Below, in pieces: positions 1 to 9,954 of a stretch of 64,000 nucleotides of DNA (positions within the stretch are counted from its first letter, which is position 1; the number at the start of each line of letters is the position of its first letter). The notes under the pieces were generated by a model, which worked only from the letters and a program-made list of their open reading frames with translations, had not been told where the DNA came from and made no database searches. The stretch comes from an uncultured delta proteobacterium (GTDB lineage: Bacteria > Myxococcota_A > Polyangia > Polyangiales > JAFGIB01): NCBI GenBank assembly GCA_963778655.1, contig CAVZVA010000011.1, forward strand, positions 32,001 through 96,000, written 5' to 3'. A program made the translations under genes and the position numbers.

Positions 1-2
1 AG

Positions 3-605
3 CCGTTCTTCACCACCAAGGGAAGCGGCGGCACCGGCCTCGGGCTAGCGACGGTCTATGGCGTCGTCAAACAGGCCGGCGGCTCGATCTGGGTCTACAG
101 CGAGCCCGGCCGCGGCACGACCTTCAAGCTGTATCTGCCAAGCACGGCCACGCTCGAGGCAACTCCGATCTCGCGTTCCAGCCTGCTGCCGTCCGCGACC
201 GGCGTGGAGACGGTCCTGCTGGTCGAGGACGACGAGGGAGTGCGCGCGGGCGCGCTCGCGATCCTGGGCAGGCGGGGCTACACCCTGCTCACCGCCCGCA
301 ACGCGACCGAGGCCCTGGCGCTGCACGAACGCCACGCCGGGCCGATTCACCTGGTGCTGACCGACGTGGTGATGCCCGGCATGAACGGTCGCGCGCTCGC
401 GGAACGCCTCACTGCGCTGCGGCCCGAGCTGCGTGTCCTGTACATGTCCGGCTACACCGACAGCACCATCGCGCACCACGGCGTGCTCGACCCAGACGCG
501 TACTTCATCCAGAAGCCCTTCACGCCGGATTCGCTTTCGCGCAAGGTACGGGAGGTGCTCGACCGCGATCGCAGCCCCCCGGACGGCTCGCCCGCGACCC
601 CATGA
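3..605 (+). CDS. Hybrid sensor histidine kinase/response regulator, 3' part (HATPase_c end + REC domain); 5'-truncated by the window
   Basis: Frame from nt 3 reads [27 protein letters not shown] (F/G2 boxes) and continues into a receiver domain (VLLVEDD...[11 protein letters not shown]...FIQKPF). Confidence 0.92.
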   Translation, partial: PFFTTKGSGGTGLGLATVYGVVKQAGGSIWVYSEPGRGTTFKLYLPSTATLEATPISRSSLLPSATGVETVLLVEDDEGVRAGALAILGRRGYTLLTARNATEALALHERHAGPIHLVLTDVVMPGMNGRALAERLTALRPELRVLYMSGYTDSTIAHHGVLDPDAYFIQKPFTPDSLSRKVREVLDRDRSPPDGSPATP

Positions 606-1315
606 CGGTGGACGCTCCACAGGCGGCTGCATGCCGCCTCGGCATCTGGGGGGTGCGCTCGGCAATCGCGGGGATCGTGTGCTCGGGCCCGCTCGCGGTC
701 GCGGTCGTGAACGCGACGCACCCGCAACCCGCATGGCGGAACGCGCGCGTGTTCATCGCCAACTATCACCCGGTGCAGGCGCTGCCGTACTTCTGCGGTT
801 TGCTGTTCGTCGGCGGCTGCGTGGTGCTGGTGGCCGCCTTGCGCGGGCTGGCAGGGCCGGCGCAGGCCGCGAGCTGCCGCCTGGGGCTGCTGGCGAGCGG
901 TCTGGGCGCGAGCTTCATCTGCCTCAACTACGTGGTGCAGACCACCTTCGTGCCGGCGCTGGTGCGCGACGGGCGGCCGGAGCTCGAGGTCGTTATCGGC
1001 TCGCTGACCATGGCCAACCCGGGCTCGCTGGCCTGGGCGCTCGAGATGTGGGGCTACGCCTTTCTGGGGCTGGGCTCGTGGCTCGCCGCGCCGGTGCTGA
1101 ACGCAAACCGCCTGGAGCGCCGCGCCGCCGCGTTGCTCGCGGGCAACGGCGTGATCGGCATCGCCGGGGCCGCGATCAGCGTGGCCCGCTTGGAATGGGT
1201 GCTCGGCACGCCGGGTTTGCTCAGCTACGCCGCCTGGAACGCATACTTCCTGCTCACGCTGGCGCTGGTCGGGCTGGCCCTGAAGCGCCGCGTTGCCGCC
1301 CCGACCCCGGCGTGA
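602..1315 (+). CDS. Integral membrane hypothetical protein (about 6 TM segments)
   Basis: ATGA overlap with the upstream kinase stop; several hydrophobic segments; no recognised motif. Confidence 0.7.
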   Translation: MTVDAPQAAACRLGIWGVRSAIAGIVCSGPLAVAVVNATHPQPAWRNARVFIANYHPVQALPYFCGLLFVGGCVVLVAALRGLAGPAQAASCRLGLLASGLGASFICLNYVVQTTFVPALVRDGRPELEVVIGSLTMANPGSLAWALEMWGYAFLGLGSWLAAPVLNANRLERRAAALLAGNGVIGIAGAAISVARLEWVLGTPGLLSYAAWNAYFLLTLALVGLALKRRVAAPTPA

Positions 1316-1380
1316 CGCGCACACGGCCCTGGCGGGGGCCCGCGTGCCAACGCTGTCCAGGCAGCGCGCGTTCCTGATGA

Positions 1381-1397
1381 TTTCTTTACACCTCCCG
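1381..1397 (+). promoter_or_regulatory. Putative KdpE-binding site upstream of the kdp operon
   Basis: TTTCTTTACACCTCCCG resembles the E. coli kdpFABC KdpE site (...TTTTTTTACACCCCG); T-rich patch in a GC-rich context about 100 nt upstream of the first kdp ORF. Confidence 0.45.
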
Positions 1398-1489
1398 GGC
1401 TCACCTTGACTCGGCGTTGATGTGCAAGGGCCTAGATTGAGCCGCGAAGGAGGCGGTTGTCTCGCGTGCGGGGCAACCGCGCGCCGACC

Positions 1490-1570
1490 ATGGACGTGTT
1501 GTTTCTCGCCATCGCGATCGCGTTCTTCGTCGTGACCTGGGGTTTCGTGCGCCTGTGCGAAAGGGTGTGA
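1490..1570 (+). CDS. 26-aa single-TM mini-peptide preceding kdpF (MDVLFLAIAIAFFVVTWGFVRLCERV)
   Basis: Translated by hand (below the ORF-track cutoff); one hydrophobic helix; stop lies 4 nt before the kdpF ATG. Confidence 0.65.
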   Translation: MDVLFLAIAIAFFVVTWGFVRLCERV

Positions 1571-1574
1571 CGCC

Positions 1575-1667
1575 ATGACCGCGCTGACCTGGCTGGGCGG
1601 CGGGCTCGCCGCGCTGCTGCTCGTGTATCTGATGGTCGCGCTGCTCTACCCGGAGAAGTTGTCGTGA
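1575..1667 (+). CDS. kdpF: K+-transporting ATPase subunit F
   Basis: [30 protein letters not shown] carries the KdpF YLxxALLxPEK signature; GTGA overlap with the kdpA start. Confidence 0.9.
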   Translation: MTALTWLGGGLAALLLVYLMVALLYPEKLS

Positions 1668-3505
1668 CCGCGCATACGCTGTTGCAGTACGCCCTGTACT
1701 TCGGGGCCTTGATCGGGCTGAGCCTGCCGCTCGGCGCCTACATGGCGCGCGTCTACGAAGGCAAGGCCACGCGTGCCCAGCACGTGCTCGGGCCGCTCGA
1801 GCGCCTGATCTACCGGCTGTGCGGCGTGCGGCCGGACGAGGACATGAGCTGGCAGCGCTACACCGGCGCGGTGCTGCTGTTCAACCTGCTCGGCTTGCTC
1901 GCCGTCTACACCCTGCAGCGCCTGCAGAGCTTGCTCCCGCTCAATCCCGACACCATGACAGCGGTCCCGCCCGAGGTCGCGTTCAACACCGCCGTGAGCT
2001 TCGCCAGCAACACCAACTGGCAGGTCTACGGCGGCGAGACGACCATGAGCTACCTCACGCAGATGCTCGCGCTGACGGTGCAGAACTTCGTCTCGGCCGC
2101 CACCGGGATGGCGATCCTGGTCGCGCTGATCCGCGGCTTCGTGCGGCGTTCCGCCAGCGGCGTGGGCAGCTTCTGGGTCGACCTGACGCGCAGCGTCGTG
2201 TACGTGCTGCTGCCGCTGTCGGCGATCTTCGCGCTGGCGCTGGTCTCGCAGGGGGTGGTCCAGACCTTCGGCGCCCACGCCACCGCGCGGCTGCTCGAGG
2301 CCACGAGCGCGGCCGATCACACGCGCGTGACCGAGCAGGTGCTCGCGCTCGGGCCCGTGGCCTCGCAGATCGCGATCAAGCAGCTCGGCACCAACGGCGG
2401 CGGCTTCTTCAACATCAACTCCGCCCATCCATTCGAGAACGCCACGCCGCTGTCGAATTTCCTCGAGCTGCTCGCGATTCTGTTGGTCCCGACCGCGCTG
2501 TGCTTCAGCTTTGGCGCGATGGTCAGGGACAAGCGCCAGGGACGCGCCCTGCTCGCGGCGATGATCGTGATCTTCGTACCTCTGCTGCTGCTGTGCGCCG
2601 GCTCCGAGCAAGCCGGCAACCCGGTGCTCTCGGCGCTGGGCGCCGACCAGAGCGCGAGCGCGCTGCAAGCCGGCGGCAACATGGAGGGCAAGGAAGTGCG
2701 CTTCGGCATCGGCACCAGCGCGCTGTGGGCGGCGGCCACCACCGCCGCCAGCAACGGCTCGGTCAACGCGATGCACGACAGCTTCACCCCGCTCGGCGGC
2801 TTCGTGCCGTTGTGGCTGATCCAGTACGGCGAGGTGATCTTCGGCGGCGTCGGCTGCGGCCTCTACGGCATGCTGATGTATGCGATCATCGCCGTGTTCG
2901 TGGCCGGCCTGATGGTCGGGCGCACGCCCGAGTACCTGGGCAAGAAGATCGAGGCCTTCGAGATGAAGATGGCTTCATTGGTGATCTTGCTCTCCTGCGC
3001 ACCCATGCTGATCGGGACCGCGATCGCCTGCGTGCTGCCCGCGGGCACCGCGCCGCTCGGCAACCCGGGCGCGCACGGGTTCAGCGAGATCCTGTACGCG
3101 TTCAGCTCCGGAGCCGGCAACAACGGCTCGGCCTTCGCCGGCCTCACCGCGAGCGGGATGTTCTACGCCACCGCGATCGGGCTCGCGATGCTGATCGGCC
3201 GCTACTGGCTGATCGTGCCGGTGCTGGCGGTCGCCGGCTCGCTGGCGCGCAAGAAGGCGGTGCCGGCCACGAGCGGCACGCTGCCCACGCACACACCGCT
3301 GTTCGTGGCATTGCTCGCCGGCACGGTGCTGCTGGTCGGTGCGCTGACCTTCTTTCCCGCGCTGGCGCTCGGCCCGATCGTCGAGCAGCTCGCTCTCACC
3401 GGGGAGGGCACGCCCCCTCCCCGCCCCGCCGGCGAAGCCGTCGGGGCCCCACCCCTCGGCGCGGCTCGCTTCGCTCGCTCGCCACGGCAGTGGGTGAAGC
3501 CATGA
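1664..3505 (+). CDS. kdpA: K+-transporting ATPase subunit A, with a repeat-derived C-terminal extension
   Basis: [61 protein letters not shown] motifs. Confidence 0.98.
   Translation: MTAHTLLQYALYFGALIGLSLPLGAYMARVYEGKATRAQHVLGPLERLIYRLCGVRPDEDMSWQRYTGAVLLFNLLGLLAVYTLQRLQSLLPLNPDTMTAVPPEVAFNTAVSFASNTNWQVYGGETTMSYLTQMLALTVQNFVSAATGMAILVALIRGFVRRSASGVGSFWVDLTRSVVYVLLPLSAIFALALVSQGVVQTFGAHATARLLEATSAADHTRVTEQVLALGPVASQIAIKQLGTNGGGFFNINSAHPFENATPLSNFLELLAILLVPTALCFSFGAMVRDKRQGRALLAAMIVIFVPLLLLCAGSEQAGNPVLSALGADQSASALQAGGNMEGKEVRFGIGTSALWAAATTAASNGSVNAMHDSFTPLGGFVPLWLIQYGEVIFGGVGCGLYGMLMYAIIAVFVAGLMVGRTPEYLGKKIEAFEMKMASLVILLSCAPMLIGTAIACVLPAGTAPLGNPGAHGFSEILYAFSSGAGNNGSAFAGLTASGMFYATAIGLAMLIGRYWLIVPVLAVAGSLARKKAVPATSGTLPTHTPLFVALLAGTVLLVGALTFFPALALGPIVEQLALTGEGTPPPRPAGEAVGAPPLGAARFARSPRQWVKP
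3400..3483 (+). repeat. Palindromic coding element family P, copy 1 (encodes the KdpA C-terminal tail)
   Basis: CGGGGAGGG-CACGCC-CCCTCCCCG hairpin, CCCCGCCGGC-GAA-GCCGTCGGGG hairpin, CCCCACCCC core, GCTTCGC hairpin; same architecture as 3836-3933 and 21688-21772. Confidence 0.75.
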
Positions 3506-5649
3506 CGCACAAGGCTCAAGCTCGCCCGTTGTTCGACCCGGCAATCGTGCAGCGCGCGGTGGCGGATTCCTTCCGCAAGCTCGACCCGCGGCTGATGCTG
3601 AAGAACCCGGTCATGTTCGTGGTCGAGGTGGGCAGCGCGTTCACCACGCTGCTGTTTCTGCACGCCGCGATCACGGGCCACGGCGAGGCTCCCGCCAGCT
3701 TCATCTTCGCGGTCTGCATCTGGCTGTGGTTCACCGTGCTCTTCGCCAACTTCGCCGAGGCCATGGCCGAGGGCCGCGGCAAGGCGCAGGCCGACACGTT
3801 GCGCAAGGCGCGCAAGGACGTGGTGGCCAAGCGGATCGTTGCGGGGCGGCACGCGCCGCCCCGCAACGACGAAGTGAATTCGTCGGGGCCCCACCCCACG
3901 CGAGAGGGAGCTGCGCTCCCCACGCGACTCGCGCACGAGGAGGTCGCCTCCGCTCGCCTGCGCAAGGACGACGTCGTGCTGGTCGAAGCCGGCGACTTCA
4001 TCCCCGGCGACGGCGAGATCGTCGAGGGCGTCGCCTCGGTGGACGAGAGCGCGATCACGGGGGAAAGCGCGCCCGTGATCCGCGAGAGCGGCGGGGATCG
4101 CAGCGCGGTCACCGGAGGCACGCGCGTGCTGTCCGACTGGCTGGTGGTGCGCATCACGGCCAACCCGGGCGAGGCGTTCCTGGACCGCATGATCTCGCTG
4201 GTCGAGAGCGCCAAGCGCCAGAAGACCCCGAACGAGATCGCGCTCGACATCCTGCTCGCCGGCCTGACCGTGATCTTCTTGCTGGTGACGGTGACCCTGC
4301 TTCCGTACTCGGCCTACGCGGTCAAGAGCGCGGGCCACGGCACCGTGGTCAGCGCGACCGTGCTCACCGCGCTGCTGGTGTGCCTGATCCCGACGACCAT
4401 TGGCGGCCTGCTCTCCGCGATCGGGATCGCCGGCATGGACCGCATGATCCAGGCCAACGTGATCGCGACCTCGGGCCGAGCGGTGGAGGCCGCGGGCGAC
4501 GTCGACGTGCTGCTGCTGGACAAGACCGGCACCATCACGCTCGGCAACCGCGAGGCCACGCTGTTCGTGCCTGCCCCGTCGGTGCAACCGCACGAGCTGG
4601 CCGGCGCCGCGCAGCTCGCCTCGCTCGCGGACGAGACGCCCGAGGGCCGCAGCATCGTGGTGCTGGCCAAGGAGAAGCACGGCCTGCGCGGGCGCGATAT
4701 CAAGCAGCTCGGCGCGACCTTCGTTCCCTTCAGCGCACAGACGCGGATGAGCGGGGTGGACCTCGACGGGCGGCGCATCCGCAAGGGCGCAGCGGATGCG
4801 GTCGCCGCGTTCGTACGCGAGCTGGGCGGCAGCGTACCGGCGGACGTGCAGCTCGCGGTCCAGGAGATCGCCAAGCAGGGCGCGACACCGCTGGTGGTCA
4901 CGGACGGGGCGCGCGTGCTCGGCGTGGTGCAGCTCAAGGACATCGTCAAGGGCGGCATCAAGGAGCGCTTCGATCAGATGCGCAGGATCGGCATCCGCAC
5001 CGTGATGATCACCGGCGACAACCCGCTCACCGCCGCCGCGATCGCCGCCGAGGCAGGCGTCGACGACTTTCTGGCCGAGGCCACGCCCGAGGCCAAGCTG
5101 GCGATGATTCGCGACTACCAGCGCAAGGGCCACCTGGTGGCGATGACCGGCGATGGGACCAACGACGCGCCCGCGCTGGCGCAGGCCGACGTCGCGGTGG
5201 CGATGAACACCGGCACCCAGGCCGCCAAGGAGGCCGGCAACATGGTCGATCTTGACAGCAATCCGACCAAGCTGCTCTCGGTGGTCGAGATCGGCAAGCA
5301 GATGCTGATGACGCGAGGCGCGCTCACCACCTTCAGCATTGCGAACGACGTGTCCAAGTATTTCGCGATCATCCCGGCCGCGTTCGTCGGCACCTACCCC
5401 GCGCTGTCGGCGCTCAACGTCATGCACCTTCATTCGCCGGCCACGGCGGTGCTGTCGGCCGTGATCTTCAACGCGCTGGTGATCGTCGCGCTGATTCCGC
5501 TGGCCTTGCGTGGCATCGAGTACCGCCCCGCACCGGCCTCGGCGCTGCTGCAGCGCAACTTGCTGGTCTACGGCCTGGGGGGGCTCTTGCTGCCGTTCCC
5601 ATTCATCAAGGTCATCGACCTCGGGCTCACCGCGCTGGGTGTGAGCTGA
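3502..5649 (+). CDS. kdpB: K+-transporting P-type ATPase subunit B
   Basis: ATG at 3502 (ATGA overlap with kdpA); TGES, DKTGT phosphorylation site, [16 protein letters not shown] motifs. Confidence 0.98.
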   Translation: MTHKAQARPLFDPAIVQRAVADSFRKLDPRLMLKNPVMFVVEVGSAFTTLLFLHAAITGHGEAPASFIFAVCIWLWFTVLFANFAEAMAEGRGKAQADTLRKARKDVVAKRIVAGRHAPPRNDEVNSSGPHPTREGAALPTRLAHEEVASARLRKDDVVLVEAGDFIPGDGEIVEGVASVDESAITGESAPVIRESGGDRSAVTGGTRVLSDWLVVRITANPGEAFLDRMISLVESAKRQKTPNEIALDILLAGLTVIFLLVTVTLLPYSAYAVKSAGHGTVVSATVLTALLVCLIPTTIGGLLSAIGIAGMDRMIQANVIATSGRAVEAAGDVDVLLLDKTGTITLGNREATLFVPAPSVQPHELAGAAQLASLADETPEGRSIVVLAKEKHGLRGRDIKQLGATFVPFSAQTRMSGVDLDGRRIRKGAADAVAAFVRELGGSVPADVQLAVQEIAKQGATPLVVTDGARVLGVVQLKDIVKGGIKERFDQMRRIGIRTVMITGDNPLTAAAIAAEAGVDDFLAEATPEAKLAMIRDYQRKGHLVAMTGDGTNDAPALAQADVAVAMNTGTQAAKEAGNMVDLDSNPTKLLSVVEIGKQMLMTRGALTTFSIANDVSKYFAIIPAAFVGTYPALSALNVMHLHSPATAVLSAVIFNALVIVALIPLALRGIEYRPAPASALLQRNLLVYGLGGLLLPFPFIKVIDLGLTALGVS
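3836..3933 (+). repeat. Palindromic coding element family P, copy 2 (in-frame insertion in KdpB)
   Basis: Perfect 15-bp stem TCGTTGCGGGGCGGC-ACGC-GCCGCCCCGCAACGA, CGACGAA/TTCGTCG hairpin, GGGGCCCCACCCC core, GGGAGC/GCTCCC hairpin. Confidence 0.8.
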
Positions 5650-5669
5650 AGAAGCTGGAGGTCTCCGTC

Positions 5670-6338
5670 ATGAGCCCCACCACGCAAACCGCAGTCGGCT
5701 CGCTCGAGCGTGAGGCGCCCGCGCTGCCGCCGCGCGCGGGGGCCCGCGCCGGCCTGCTCTCGCTGATGCGGCCGGCAGCCATGCTGCTGCTCGCGTTCAG
5801 TCTGCTCACCGGCTTGCTCTACCCGCTCGTGATCACGGGCGTGGCGCAGGTGTTGTTCCCGCAGCAGGCGAACGGCAGCCTGATCCGCGATCACGGCAAG
5901 GTCGTCGGCTCCGCGCTGATCGGCCAGGCCTTCGACGCGCCCGGCTACTTCTGGTCGCGGCCGTCGGTCACGGCGCCCTACCCCTACAACGCAGGCTCGT
6001 CCGGCGCCAGCAACCTCGGGCCGCTCAACCCGGCGCTGCACGACGCCGTCGCCGCCCGGATCAAAGCGCTGCGCGAGGCCGACCCCGGCAACACCGCGCC
6101 GGTGCCCGTCGACCTGGTGACCTCCTCGGGCAGCGGGCTCGACCCGCACATCACGCCGGCCGCCGCCTATTTTCAGGTCGGTCGCGTGGCACGGGCGCGC
6201 GGCCTGCCCGCGGGTGCCGTGCGCGAGCTGGTGCGCCGGCAGGTCGAGGCGCCCACCTTCGGCGTGCTCGGCGAGGCACGCGTCAACGTGCTGCTGCTCA
6301 ACCGAGCGCTCGACCACCTGGGCCGGGCAGCAATGTAG
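5670..6338 (+). CDS. kdpC: K+-transporting ATPase subunit C
   Basis: [54 protein letters not shown] motifs. Confidence 0.97.
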   Translation: MSPTTQTAVGSLEREAPALPPRAGARAGLLSLMRPAAMLLLAFSLLTGLLYPLVITGVAQVLFPQQANGSLIRDHGKVVGSALIGQAFDAPGYFWSRPSVTAPYPYNAGSSGASNLGPLNPALHDAVAARIKALREADPGNTAPVPVDLVTSSGSGLDPHITPAAAYFQVGRVARARGLPAGAVRELVRRQVEAPTFGVLGEARVNVLLLNRALDHLGRAAM

Positions 6339-6439
6339 CGGGCGCGAAGGCGGGGCCCGCCCTATGGCGCGCAGCTTGAAGACGGCTTGGAGCCCGCAAT
6401 AATGATCGACGCGCGACCAGCCGAGCTCGGTGAGAGAGC

Positions 6440-9166
6440 GTGACGGAGACCGCGGCCAGACCCGATCCGGACGCCTTGCTGCGCCGGATCAAGCAAGACG
6501 AGGCGCGCACGCGCCGCGCCAAGCTCAAGATCTTCTTCGGCTTCGCGCCCGGCGTCGGCAAGACCTACCGCATGCTGCAGGTCGCGCGCGACCTGGTGAC
6601 GGAGCACAACACCGACCTGGTGGTCGGCTTGGTCGAGACCCATCGCCGCCCGGAGACCGCGAGCATGCTGCTCGGCCTCGACATCCTGCCGCGGCGCAAG
6701 CTCGAGCACCGCGGGCGTACGCTCGAAGAGCTCGACCTGGACGCCGCGCTGGCGCGCAAGCCCAAGCTGATCCTGGTCGACGAGCTCGCGCACACCAACG
6801 CCCCCGGCTCGCGCCACGCCAAGCGCTGGCAGGACGTGCTCGAGCTGCTCGACGCGGGCATCGACGTCTTCACCACCGTCAACGTGCAGCACGTCGAGAG
6901 CCTCAACGACGTGGTGGCGCAGATCACGCACGTGCGGGTGCGTGAGACCATTCCCGACTCGGTGCTCGACCGCGCCGACGAGATCGAGCTGGTCGACCTG
7001 CCACCCGAGGACCTGCTGGTGCGACTGCGCGAAGGCAAGGTCTACCTGCCCGAGCAGGCCGCGCGCGCAGCCGATCACTTCTTCCAGCGCGGGAACCTGC
7101 TGGCGCTGCGCGAGCTGGCGTTGCGCCGCACCGCCGATCGCGTCGACGCCGAGATGCAGGCCTATCGCGAGGAGCACCAGATCCACACGACCTGGCCGGC
7201 CGGCGAGCGCATCCTGGTGTGCATCAGCCCGAGCCCGGCGTCGGTCCGCCTGGTGCGCGCCGCGCGGCGCGTGGCGGCCGGCCTGCGCTCGCCCTGGGTC
7301 GCGGCCTACGTCGAGCCGACCGCGATCGCGCCGCTCTCGGAGGCCGACCGCGATCGGCTCGACGCGCATCTGCGCATGGTGGAGACCCTGGGCGGCGAGG
7401 TCGCCCGCCTGACCGGAGCGCGCATCGGCCCCACCTTGCTCGCGTACGCACGCGAGCATAACGTCACGCGCATCGTGATCGGCAAGCCCACGCATCCGCG
7501 GCTGCGCGATCGGCTGCGCGGCTCGCTGCTCGACGAGCTGGTGCGCGGCAGCGGCGACATCGACGTGCACGTCATCTCCGGCGACGAAGGCGAGGCCGAG
7601 CCCGGTGCGCGCCGCCCGCGTCCCGCCGCGCCGCTCGCGCCCAGCGGCTTCGGTTGGGCGCTCGTGCTGGTGGCGCTCGCCACCTCCGCCGGCTGGGCGC
7701 TGCGTGCCGTGCTCGCGCTGCCCGACCTGGTGATGCTCTACCTGCTCGTGATCATGGTGGTGGCGATCCGCTTCGGCCGCGCGCCCTCGGTGCTGACCGC
7801 GGCGCTGTCGGTCGCCGGCTACGACTTCTTCTTCGTGCAGCCGCTCTACACCTTCGCGGTCACGGACATGCGCCACGTGCTGACCTTCGCGATGATGTTC
7901 GGCGTGGGGCTGCTGATCAGCGATCTCACCTTGCGCATCCGGCGCCAGGAGCGCAGCGCCTCCGAGCGCGAGCGCCGCACCGCGGCGCTGTATGCGCTGA
8001 GCCGCAGGCTGACCTCGGCCTCGAGCGAGGCGGATGCGGCGAGCACGCTGGCCGAGCACGTGGCCGCCTTGTTCGCCTGCGCGGCCGAGGTGCGGCTCGC
8101 CGGAGCCAACGCGACCTTGCTCGCGCTCGGCAGGGGCGGCCCGGCGCTCCCGCACGACGCCGGCGACGAGGGCGTCGCGCGTTGGGTGCTCGATCACGGG
8201 CGCCCGGCGGGGCTCGGCACCGACACGCTGCCGGGTGCGCGCGTGGTATGCCTGCCCCTGCGCTCCGGCGCCGAGGTGCTCGGCGTGCTGTTGCTCGCGC
8301 CCAACACCGGACGCGCGCTGCACGTCGAGGACGAGGATCTGCTCGAGGCCTTCGCGCAGCAGGCCGCGCTGGCGATCGAGCGCGCACGGCTGGTCGAGGA
8401 CGCCAAAGCGGCGGCCTTGCGTGCCCGCACCGAGGAGATGCGCAGCTCGCTGTTGAGCGCCGTCTCGCACGACCTGAGGACTCCGCTCGCGGTCATCACC
8501 GGCGCGGCTACCAGCCTGCGCGACGAAGCCACGGGCATGTCGGACGGCCAACGCCGCGACTTGATCGACACGATCTGCGAGGAAGCAGAGAGGTTGGAGC
8601 GCCTGGTCGGCAACCTGCTCGACATGACCCGGCTCGAATCCGGCGGCCTCACCCTCAAGCGCGAGTGGGTGCCGCTCGAGGAGCTGCTCGGCGCGGCGCT
8701 CGGACGGCTCGAGGACAGACTGCAGGGCCGCGAGATCCACACCGAGTTGCCGGCGGACCTGCCGTTCCTCTTGGTCGACCCGGTGCTGTTGGAGCAGCTC
8801 TTCGTGAACTTGCTGGAAAACGCCGCCAAGTACACCAGGCCGGGCTCTCCGATCGACGTCAGGGCCCAGAGCGAGCCCGGCTCGGTGGTGATCGAGATCG
8901 CCGACCGGGGCCCCGGCATCCCCGAGGCGGCCCGCGAGGAGATCTTCCAGAAGTTCTACCGTGGCCCCCACGTGGGGATTTCCGGCGTCGGCCTGGGGCT
9001 GCCCATCTGCCGTGGCATCGCCGAAGCTCACGGCGGCTCGATCGAGGCGCGCGATCGAGAGGGCGGGGGCGCCGTGTTTCGCGTTACGCTTCCGCTGGTG
9101 GGACCCGCACCCTCGCTGCCCCCAGAACCGGAGACCGACGGCCTCGCCGCGAGCGCCCGATCGTGA
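6440..9166 (+). CDS. kdpD: Sensor histidine kinase KdpD
   Basis: KLKIFFGFAPGVGKTY, LVDELAHTN, Usp-like domain, 4 TM, GAF-like region, SHDLRTPL H-box, HATPase. Confidence 0.97.
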   Translation: MTETAARPDPDALLRRIKQDEARTRRAKLKIFFGFAPGVGKTYRMLQVARDLVTEHNTDLVVGLVETHRRPETASMLLGLDILPRRKLEHRGRTLEELDLDAALARKPKLILVDELAHTNAPGSRHAKRWQDVLELLDAGIDVFTTVNVQHVESLNDVVAQITHVRVRETIPDSVLDRADEIELVDLPPEDLLVRLREGKVYLPEQAARAADHFFQRGNLLALRELALRRTADRVDAEMQAYREEHQIHTTWPAGERILVCISPSPASVRLVRAARRVAAGLRSPWVAAYVEPTAIAPLSEADRDRLDAHLRMVETLGGEVARLTGARIGPTLLAYAREHNVTRIVIGKPTHPRLRDRLRGSLLDELVRGSGDIDVHVISGDEGEAEPGARRPRPAAPLAPSGFGWALVLVALATSAGWALRAVLALPDLVMLYLLVIMVVAIRFGRAPSVLTAALSVAGYDFFFVQPLYTFAVTDMRHVLTFAMMFGVGLLISDLTLRIRRQERSASERERRTAALYALSRRLTSASSEADAASTLAEHVAALFACAAEVRLAGANATLLALGRGGPALPHDAGDEGVARWVLDHGRPAGLGTDTLPGARVVCLPLRSGAEVLGVLLLAPNTGRALHVEDEDLLEAFAQQAALAIERARLVEDAKAAALRARTEEMRSSLLSAVSHDLRTPLAVITGAATSLRDEATGMSDGQRRDLIDTICEEAERLERLVGNLLDMTRLESGGLTLKREWVPLEELLGAALGRLEDRLQGREIHTELPADLPFLLVDPVLLEQLFVNLLENAAKYTRPGSPIDVRAQSEPGSVVIEIADRGPGIPEAAREEIFQKFYRGPHVGISGVGLGLPICRGIAEAHGGSIEARDREGGGAVFRVTLPLVGPAPSLPPEPETDGLAASARS

Positions 9167-9873
9167 GCGAGGCCGAGTCGCTGGTGCTGGTGGTGGAGGA
9201 CGAGCCGCAGATGCGGCGCTTCTTGCGAGCTTCGCTGAGCGCGCAGGGCTATCGCGTGCTGGAGGCGAAGAACGGTCAGGAGGCCGTGCTGATGGCGACC
9301 ACGCACAATCCCGAGCTCGTGTTGCTCGACCTCGGCCTGCCGGACGGTGACGGCATCGAGCTGGCGCGCCGCCTGCGCGAGTGGAGCCAGGTGCCGATCG
9401 TGGTGATCTCGGCGCGCGGCCGCGAGGAGGACAAAGTCGAAGCGCTCGACGCCGGAGCCGACGACTACCTCACCAAGCCCTTCGGTATGCGCGAGCTGCT
9501 TGCCCGCATACGCGTCGCGCAGCGCCACGCTCGCCGTGCGCTCGGGGACCACCCCGCTGCGGTGCTGGAGCTGGGCGCGTTGCGCATCGACCTGCCGCGG
9601 CGCGAAGTGACGCTCCACGGGCACCCGGTGCACCTGACGCCGATCGAGCACAAGCTGCTGGTGCTGCTGGCCCAAAACGCCGGCAAGGTGCTCACCCATC
9701 GCCAGATCTTGCGTGAAGTGTGGGGGCCCGCGTACGCGAGCCAGGCGCACTACGTGCGCGTGCACATGGCCGAGCTGCGCAAGAAGATCGAGCCCGACCC
9801 CGCGCGCCCGAGGCTGCTGCTGACCGAGCAGGGCGTCGGCTACAGGTTGCGCGATCCCAAGGACGCGACTTGA
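9163..9873 (+). CDS. kdpE: Response regulator KdpE (OmpR family)
   Basis: GTG at 9163 overlaps the kdpD stop; VLVVEDE, LLDLGLPDGDG, GADDYLTKPF, winged helix LRKKIEPDPARPRLLLTEQGVGY. Confidence 0.95.
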   Translation: MSEAESLVLVVEDEPQMRRFLRASLSAQGYRVLEAKNGQEAVLMATTHNPELVLLDLGLPDGDGIELARRLREWSQVPIVVISARGREEDKVEALDAGADDYLTKPFGMRELLARIRVAQRHARRALGDHPAAVLELGALRIDLPRREVTLHGHPVHLTPIEHKLLVLLAQNAGKVLTHRQILREVWGPAYASQAHYVRVHMAELRKKIEPDPARPRLLLTEQGVGYRLRDPKDAT

Positions 9874-9954
9874 TCGCTAGGATAGCATCGCCTTGGCGAC
9901 GGAGCGACGCCTGCCGGTCGCGCCGGTGCACCGCAGCCGCAAAGGCGCCCCGCC

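Noticed and set aside
1406..1438. Sigma-70 promoter TTGACT...TAGATT for kdp
   Set aside because: Spacing of about 21 nt is non-canonical
1819..3501. Apparent 1276-aa KdpB with a long N-terminal extension
   Set aside because: The extension is an off-frame read of kdpA; the real start is ATG 3502. The same applies to 7654-9162 for kdpE
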